Virus record (IMG/VR): IMGVR_UViG_3300008255_000103
Coordinates: 1-64,000 of that record
Reading direction: 5' to 3' (one strand)
Source: an uncultured virus (IMG/VR IMGVR_UViG_3300008255_000103)
Lineage: Duplodnaviria > Heunggongvirae > Uroviricota > Caudoviricetes
Length of the DNA stretch: 64,000 nucleotides
Program-made: the position numbers and the translations under genes
The notes under the pieces: model-generated
The model's input: the letters and a program-made list of their open reading frames with translations, nothing else
Database searches by the model: none
Told to the model about the DNA's origin: nothing
Shown: positions 60,101 through 64,000 of the stretch, in pieces
How the letters are laid out: the number at the start of each line of letters is the position of its first letter
How positions within the stretch are numbered: position 1 is the first letter of the stretch

Positions 60101-61355
60101 TTTCATAATCAATAGAATATTGTCCAATAGATGATGGTAATGCATTCAGCCTAAATGGTATTTCGGATACGAAAGCTGGATGTTTTGTACCAACTTGATT
60201 ATTATTAGGATCAGTAAATATTACGCCACCTAATTTTGGTATTGTATTGTCGATATATATAATTGGCGCGTGTTGTAGATTGAAAACATTAATAATAGGA
60301 GGTAATGTCTCGCGAGTAGAATCAAGACTGGTAGATACTTCAACACTGGTTTCGTCTATAACTCTACCCAAATTCTTATATTCATATGTTACAACAACCT
60401 TGAGTATATTTTCTACATCAAAATCAGGATCTTCAAGTATCGAAGTATTTAATTTTACTTGATTATTACTTAATTGATAATAAGTAGATGAATAATCTTG
60501 ATCATATCGAGAATCAAAAATTTGATAACCTAAAGTAGTGATATCATAAGTATAAATAGGATTAGCGCATTGTATTGTAAAAACTATACTACTAACCCTA
60601 GTAACAGGATTACTTGATAAATTAAGTACAAAAGTATTGATATTGAATTTGCCGTCTTCACCTGTGGAATCAGCATATAAAGTTTCTGTTATGCTTTGTT
60701 TTTGTAGAGTTATTGGATAACTTGGAAATGTAGTATATGGAAATGATAATTTGGCATTAGTTCCTGTTGGAGTTCTTGCAACACGAATTAATTTATATGC
60801 GCCTTCTTCGTTTAATCTATCGAATGGACCAGCACCACGAGTTTTTATCTCATCTTCAACATCAATAGATAAATAATTTTCATTCTTTACTAATCCAATA
60901 TCATACAATGCTTTGGATAAATTGACAGATAACGATTGTATATATTTATTTATTACAGTATTAGTGTCGTCTATACTATAGATATTTTCTCGCAAATAAT
61001 TTAGTAAATATTCTTTAAAAATATTATCTGTTGGTAATGGTCCAAGTATTATATATTGATTAGATACACCATCTTCAAGAATTCTAGCATCACCATTTAG
61101 TGAAATAAATGGATATATTGGAGTGGATACAAATTTCAAATAATAATAGCCATATGGAGTTAAAGGCTGACAAACTATGCTTAATATTTGACCACTTATC
61201 TTAATTTCTAATACTTCAGATGTGGCGCTTGTATCTGTTTCTGACGTAATTAACACATTATACGTTGATAGTTGAGGGGTTAACTCATGAGTAAATTTCA
61301 CTTCAATATGAGTGCTATCAACTATTTCAACTGATACGATTCTAAGGTTTTGCAT
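54192..61355 (-). CDS. Giant virion structural protein (baseplate/tail-associated) with LamG-like domains
   Basis: 2387 aa; ERYREAL...QGPTIPAM wedge-like motif; EGSFETW/HHVAVSW/LFVDG LamG-like motifs; follows the baseplate J-like gene; 7 DGY. Confidence 0.65.
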   Translation of the reverse strand: MQNLRIVSVEIVDSTHIEVKFTHELTPQLSTYNVLITSETDTSATSEVLEIKISGQILSIVCQPLTPYGYYYLKFVSTPIYPFISLNGDARILEDGVSNQYIILGPLPTDNIFKEYLLNYLRENIYSIDDTNTVINKYIQSLSVNLSKALYDIGLVKNENYLSIDVEDEIKTRGAGPFDRLNEEGAYKLIRVARTPTGTNAKLSFPYTTFPSYPITLQKQSITETLYADSTGEDGKFNINTFVLNLSSNPVTRVSSIVFTIQCANPIYTYDITTLGYQIFDSRYDQDYSSTYYQLSNNQVKLNTSILEDPDFDVENILKVVVTYEYKNLGRVIDETSVEVSTSLDSTRETLPPIINVFNLQHAPIIYIDNTIPKLGGVIFTDPNNNQVGTKHPAFVSEIPFRLNALPSSIGQYSIDYETGTVYVYGADINNDGTGAFPPLATYKYRYTYQSEIDYVYDYDSLELVALPNGSLVDFSGTVKFSYEEVFIPGVDYQSALHQEAMSERTDNRLVALNVVKTENYPITNVFRVYNETSGEIYNITRWNDNKIYYKYQNPPRINAQEGERATFKDEVNEMMFVTDTLTNSGSQRIFKIPLNNNMLVSATEDGIGYAFNSGIVFSKSNIFVTERWFDRRQTVSVNLDILQNIGEYLIDYVNGVVYCAVSTSQDNVVGYITYKTNHISPTYPHLISVDDIYYRIGALNAKSKTFSYLLFEDGSIVPSTLDYGDELYLNGTTTAPYYLYGGDIGVFIDSSFVSGVTNQVKFVRAIYEMNDLKSSTKPINFASSSISSDYNISVDTLSSQIFDNVLFDGTNFYVNINENIPYISSNITYTFSVIRVSDSQELWDSSGTVVPGNPLKLILSGYGSPVLGDSVSITYSFTIKNLSTIMVDYNKGDYFVDYTYLADEIILSYEYGDNVLDFRSTNSVSENTEYYVSYKAGALRDALYRNFGNLVDIPELTTFNIDFDRERYREALMAALSSFIQGPTIPAMKNIGKTISHITPEITESVFLGWSLGNSLLTPQGISTTGAFQLLPAKFNNGVLVNSSDQTITFPINSNIKLEEGSFETWVVPQWNGLDNDAELTFNILKNGSTIDSSEIFIGTSEIHPVINNGLFTINKNTILDGYPNRNKDGVFIYYDKDTSGDFYRWYIQVIDGYVSSPSSTYKIKLTTPGTVYDAKSIVSPKPSNLSMFTGTNSITINITGGSSLDSGITFLSDFPHYLLDFGESALRNRVSIFKDSGGYLNFRVIDKDKIPYIVSTDISSWKAQDKHHVAVSWKLNTINSRDEMHLFVDGFEVPNIIKFSQKLQPYLHEKFRTVDPEEILGLSNRDIISGTDLVTILDGYTVTSSINFSAYNIYSGDLIFIDEIGFDTSGYTIDTVYGQTLTLLQPMPYLLTNGRFSVNRTEYTVDSNIDIAPNIQVTTISSMLSGSDLSGTIGTNIVTSAITNFTTEDVLAGYSIRIDDSSLPVTYVITQVSGNSLTITDNLPVGLSGASFNIYSNDETEIPGMRATRPSYSVSKDGYYNNILTISNSVFADDLVLIRTLGLNHRKVKKQYYVWSDEVENILMTRMPPPISLDELNITKLILNDGYTSAIGPANSTLIAGEFHSINFPCTHPSNSQQGRTISVTISGNNTDFSTPVEVTINGGVSYYTVSETLYFTDYGTMDFSNLYISINHINVVARPINSSKNALVIDVREKYPITRSEASGLVPVIRYSYQIGTGTTLYSSGDNTVTDGYYTFNDHCVDNYLVIQSPLVAAGFYKILAVSDDKTTLTVETTSVGPYPPSPIPTFTDGVYQILNVNDYRSGLQNGFITLEVNVLPSIPYLLSHGFYEVEYHTYARIKLDMPRDNVYLGSDMFGSNQVNSIIDQVKIYSSMLTDTRVGEQVTSNQKSVTQDFNSLKPLKKDSDTLMLINFDEYPFTNSADFYINTYADKQHFHSSAKVNENFDDSLAIIHEPMILSNDGILDTRKQGSIEFWTSPLYDTANDPITRFYFDATSAIIEEAVSTDLVSVKLSNSINRVLSVTLKSGDPNIDYFAGGKVEIDTQRAVRETYTSSSTTTVQVNLPILQVISVTIPGDYSNVDYFNEGTIGTDNKTIYLNKALPSSNTVVSVTYQTTQNNNVTLNTQVIRLNKKLPAQKSHVIVKYLPKGVQGDRIALYKDEFGYINFGISASGTDYVVRAPTRWVRNTWHRIKVSYKLNGGQGRDEISLFLDGYQYGNDSSILFGSGLLFGGSPAVMGSVRVGHGASIVGNIRFKDPINTLHIGSQYTGANKLFGLLNNLRISNISRPVYSPFNEPLDVNYNSNLNVVYPVTADLYTTFLQDSDVTNIKNEDFTTIINRNTGSFDFSINIIDSFGIVNDSIKVQKVLEKLIRILKPANSKVYIQYTR

Positions 61356-64000
61356 TATCTGGTCTCAGTATTAATGAGTATTGTGCCTGGAGAAAAATAC
61401 TCGTCTTTTTGTGCTTGTATTATTAGTAATTGCCCGACATTACCTGCTTTATTAAAATGTAATATTCTTGCTCTAGCTATTCCAGGTACGGCTTGTGCCA
61501 CATTGATTAATGTTGGAGCATCTACTACCGTTCCAAGTGATAAAGATGTAAGTGTCGATGTTAATTGGCTGCGTAAATCTTGCAATACAGTATCTTCAGA
61601 ACTAGTATAATCAGAAGAAATAACAACATTCATAGTTAAATCTACCAATACGATTTTAGCCGCCCTAACTAATACGTCCGCATTTATTGGTCTTGTATTT
61701 TCGATATTAAACGTAGTGTCGGCAATTAGCTGATTATAGTTATATCGAATAGATATTCTTTCATTTTGCTTTGGTGCTAAATAATCATAAAAGATTTTAT
61801 ATCTAGATCCTAAAGCTGGCTGAGTAAATGATGACGCAGTAAACCTAGTTGATTGCGACGTTCTAAATCCACTAGAGATATAGATCTTATTAATCAACGC
61901 AAACTTCTTATTAGTATATAACGTTCCATTTCTAGTATAAGATATATTTTCTATATCATTATCTGTTACATAATAAAAAGTTGCTCTTAATTTATCACCA
62001 ATCATTGGTAAGTTTCTTGTAGATAAATTCATTGTGTTATTCTGTGTTGATGGTAAAATAAACTCAGAGTTCTGCAATGATGAATCTGCCAATGTATCTA
62101 ATAAGTATAATAAATTATTTTGTATTGTTGTGTTTATAACATCATACGTTGATAATGCTGATAATACTTCACTACTATTTGCACTAACAGTTGATACTCT
62201 TTCTAATTTGATTAGCTTTGCTAATCTTACATTAGATGGTACAGATGTAGAAGAACTAATATCTAAAGCTTTACGTAAAGCTTCTGACAAATTTAATTGT
62301 AATCCATTAGCGGTTGCAGTAAAGATAATATCAGTAGCCTTTGTGATAGATGTTCCACTTACAGACATAACTCCAGTGCTAACTACTTGATCAATAGTTG
62401 TACAATTCAATCTGGTTTGTGCCCTACGTAAGTTGTTAAAATTATAGAACATAACAAAAACACCATCATTATTATTAGCGCTAATACTGCTAGGTAACAA
62501 CAATCTATTATTAGAAATTTGTATTGTTCCTGAATAATTCCATATTTCTTTTCCGTCTAAAACTCTAATAATTGAGATTTGATCGTATGTTATATGATCT
62601 AATTCATTAGATATCGTTATTTTATTATTTGTTGAGTTATACGATAAGATATCATATAATCCGTTATTATTTGGATCTGTTGCACCAGAAATTATTAGCT
62701 TCTTAGATGTTAAATCTGCTTGTGAAGCAAAACTTATGGTAGAACTACTTACAATACCTGTACCAGTTCCTACAGTTAAATATCCATCAGTTACTGAAAA
62801 TAGCTCTATATCTGTATTAGGTTCTATTATAGTGAATGTTAAACCAGATGCTTGAGCCACAAATTTATTTATAGATACCATAAATCTACTGGTAAGAGGC
62901 TCAATAGATAATGTATCTACTCTATTTTTAATTATTATATTACTAAAACTATATGGCTGATATCTTCTTAAATCTGTAGCATAATATACAACTAAACATT
63001 TATCATTAAGCGCGGGAATGTTGTATCCAGTAAAAATAAGCTGATAATTACCCGGTGTACTTGTTGCAATAGTTCCTGGATTTTCAGAGTTCCATAACTC
63101 TAGATTATCTGATAACCTAATAACAGAAATTATTTGACCAGTAGATAATGAAAATTCTGTACTGTTAATAGCTAATTCTACATAAAATTGACTGCTTAGG
63201 TTTTGCTGTACTGTAGCATTTTCTCTTCTAGATATATTTGTAATACTAAAGTTATTAAATCCCGTATTATTTGATAATGTAAACCCATTTCCAGTTCTAC
63301 TACATGGTAATGATGTTGTGGCTGAAGAAAACAGATCAGTTACTGCAGCTACATATGTTACTTTTAATAAAATAGATGTGGCTAATGTATCAATTAATGA
63401 TGCAGGTATAGTTATCTGTGTTCCGCTAATACTTCCATTAGTTGTGTCAGAATAAAATACATCGATGCTATTCATATAAACAGTTACAATGTCTCCAACT
63501 TCTACTACACAATCAGTTGGTAAGATAATAGTAATATTATATAGAACTTGAATTCCAACGACAGTTGTTTCATTAATAATAGTTCCATTCCCCTCAGAAG
63601 TATTATATAGTTCTATATTGCTATTTTTAATAGTTATAGAATCTATAGTCTCTGCTGATACTGAATGATTTCTTACTATTACCGCTAGTCTATTAACATA
63701 TACGCCTGATGTAATAGTTTCTACATACGTATCTGCACTAACAAATGTTTTTGCGGATACAATTGAGCTTATACTGTGTGTAGATGTTCCTACAAAAAAG
63801 TTATTACTAACATTTTTCTCAAACCAAATATTTTCATCTGTAATCATTGAGGAATATCCCCAATCAACGCTGTCAGTAACTGATCGAGGATTAGATGTAT
63901 ATTCTAAGCCATCATAGTCAGAATATTGATCATAAGTTATTATCCAATTATAATCAACCTGTAATACATCGCTTGGAGATGGTAATGTATTTCCTGATAT
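61355..64000 (-). CDS. Baseplate wedge/J-like protein, 5' end outside the window
   Basis: Frame stays open to the window edge (ISGNTLPSP...); C-terminal RPINADVLVR...LGTVV....LINVAQAVPGI is typical of baseplate J C-termini. Confidence 0.65.
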   Translation of the reverse strand: MSGNTLPSPSDVLQVDYNWIITYDQYSDYDGLEYTSNPRSVTDSVDWGYSSMITDENIWFEKNVSNNFFVGTSTHSISSIVSAKTFVSADTYVETITSGVYVNRLAVIVRNHSVSAETIDSITIKNSNIELYNTSEGNGTIINETTVVGIQVLYNITIILPTDCVVEVGDIVTVYMNSIDVFYSDTTNGSISGTQITIPASLIDTLATSILLKVTYVAAVTDLFSSATTSLPCSRTGNGFTLSNNTGFNNFSITNISRRENATVQQNLSSQFYVELAINSTEFSLSTGQIISVIRLSDNLELWNSENPGTIATSTPGNYQLIFTGYNIPALNDKCLVVYYATDLRRYQPYSFSNIIIKNRVDTLSIEPLTSRFMVSINKFVAQASGLTFTIIEPNTDIELFSVTDGYLTVGTGTGIVSSSTISFASQADLTSKKLIISGATDPNNNGLYDILSYNSTNNKITISNELDHITYDQISIIRVLDGKEIWNYSGTIQISNNRLLLPSSISANNNDGVFVMFYNFNNLRRAQTRLNCTTIDQVVSTGVMSVSGTSITKATDIIFTATANGLQLNLSEALRKALDISSSTSVPSNVRLAKLIKLERVSTVSANSSEVLSALSTYDVINTTIQNNLLYLLDTLADSSLQNSEFILPSTQNNTMNLSTRNLPMIGDKLRATFYYVTDNDIENISYTRNGTLYTNKKFALINKIYISSGFRTSQSTRFTASSFTQPALGSRYKIFYDYLAPKQNERISIRYNYNQLIADTTFNIENTRPINADVLVRAAKIVLVDLTMNVVISSDYTSSEDTVLQDLRSQLTSTLTSLSLGTVVDAPTLINVAQAVPGIARARILHFNKAGNVGQLLIIQAQKDEYFSPGTILINTETR

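Noticed and set aside
171..64000. Stop-codon reassignment as seen in some large phages
   Set aside because: Code-11 ORFs tile the window with full-length enzymes and no systematic fragmentation

Overview
AT-rich, densely coding (genetic code 11), almost entirely minus-strand segment of a large (jumbo/huge-type) tailed phage genome. It holds a tail-fibre/adhesin block (6.6-25.3 kb: collagen-like, LamG and paralogous modular proteins), a metabolism/replication block (MetAP, PIN-PhoH, class II RNR, sigma factor, DnaB, DnaC-like ATPase, SF2 helicase, GH25 lysozyme, tubulin/FtsZ-family protein), five glycosyltransferases plus a dTDP-glucose 4,6-dehydratase-like enzyme, five free-standing homing-endonuclease-like genes, and very large baseplate/virion proteins (50-64 kb). 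The main unexplained signal is the tripeptide Asp-Gly-Tyr (DGY). I counted it by hand about 55 times in predicted virion proteins and almost never in the enzymes. It is encoded by varied synonymous codons and moves position between paralogues, and a GT2-TPR glycosyltransferase sits inside the fibre cluster. This suggests, as an untested inference, a phage-encoded motif-directed virion modification system, possibly Tyr glycosylation. Second, three of the five endonuclease genes are flanked by an orphaned stub duplicating one end of the neighbouring gene. All function calls come from motif recognition by eye; no database searches were run.
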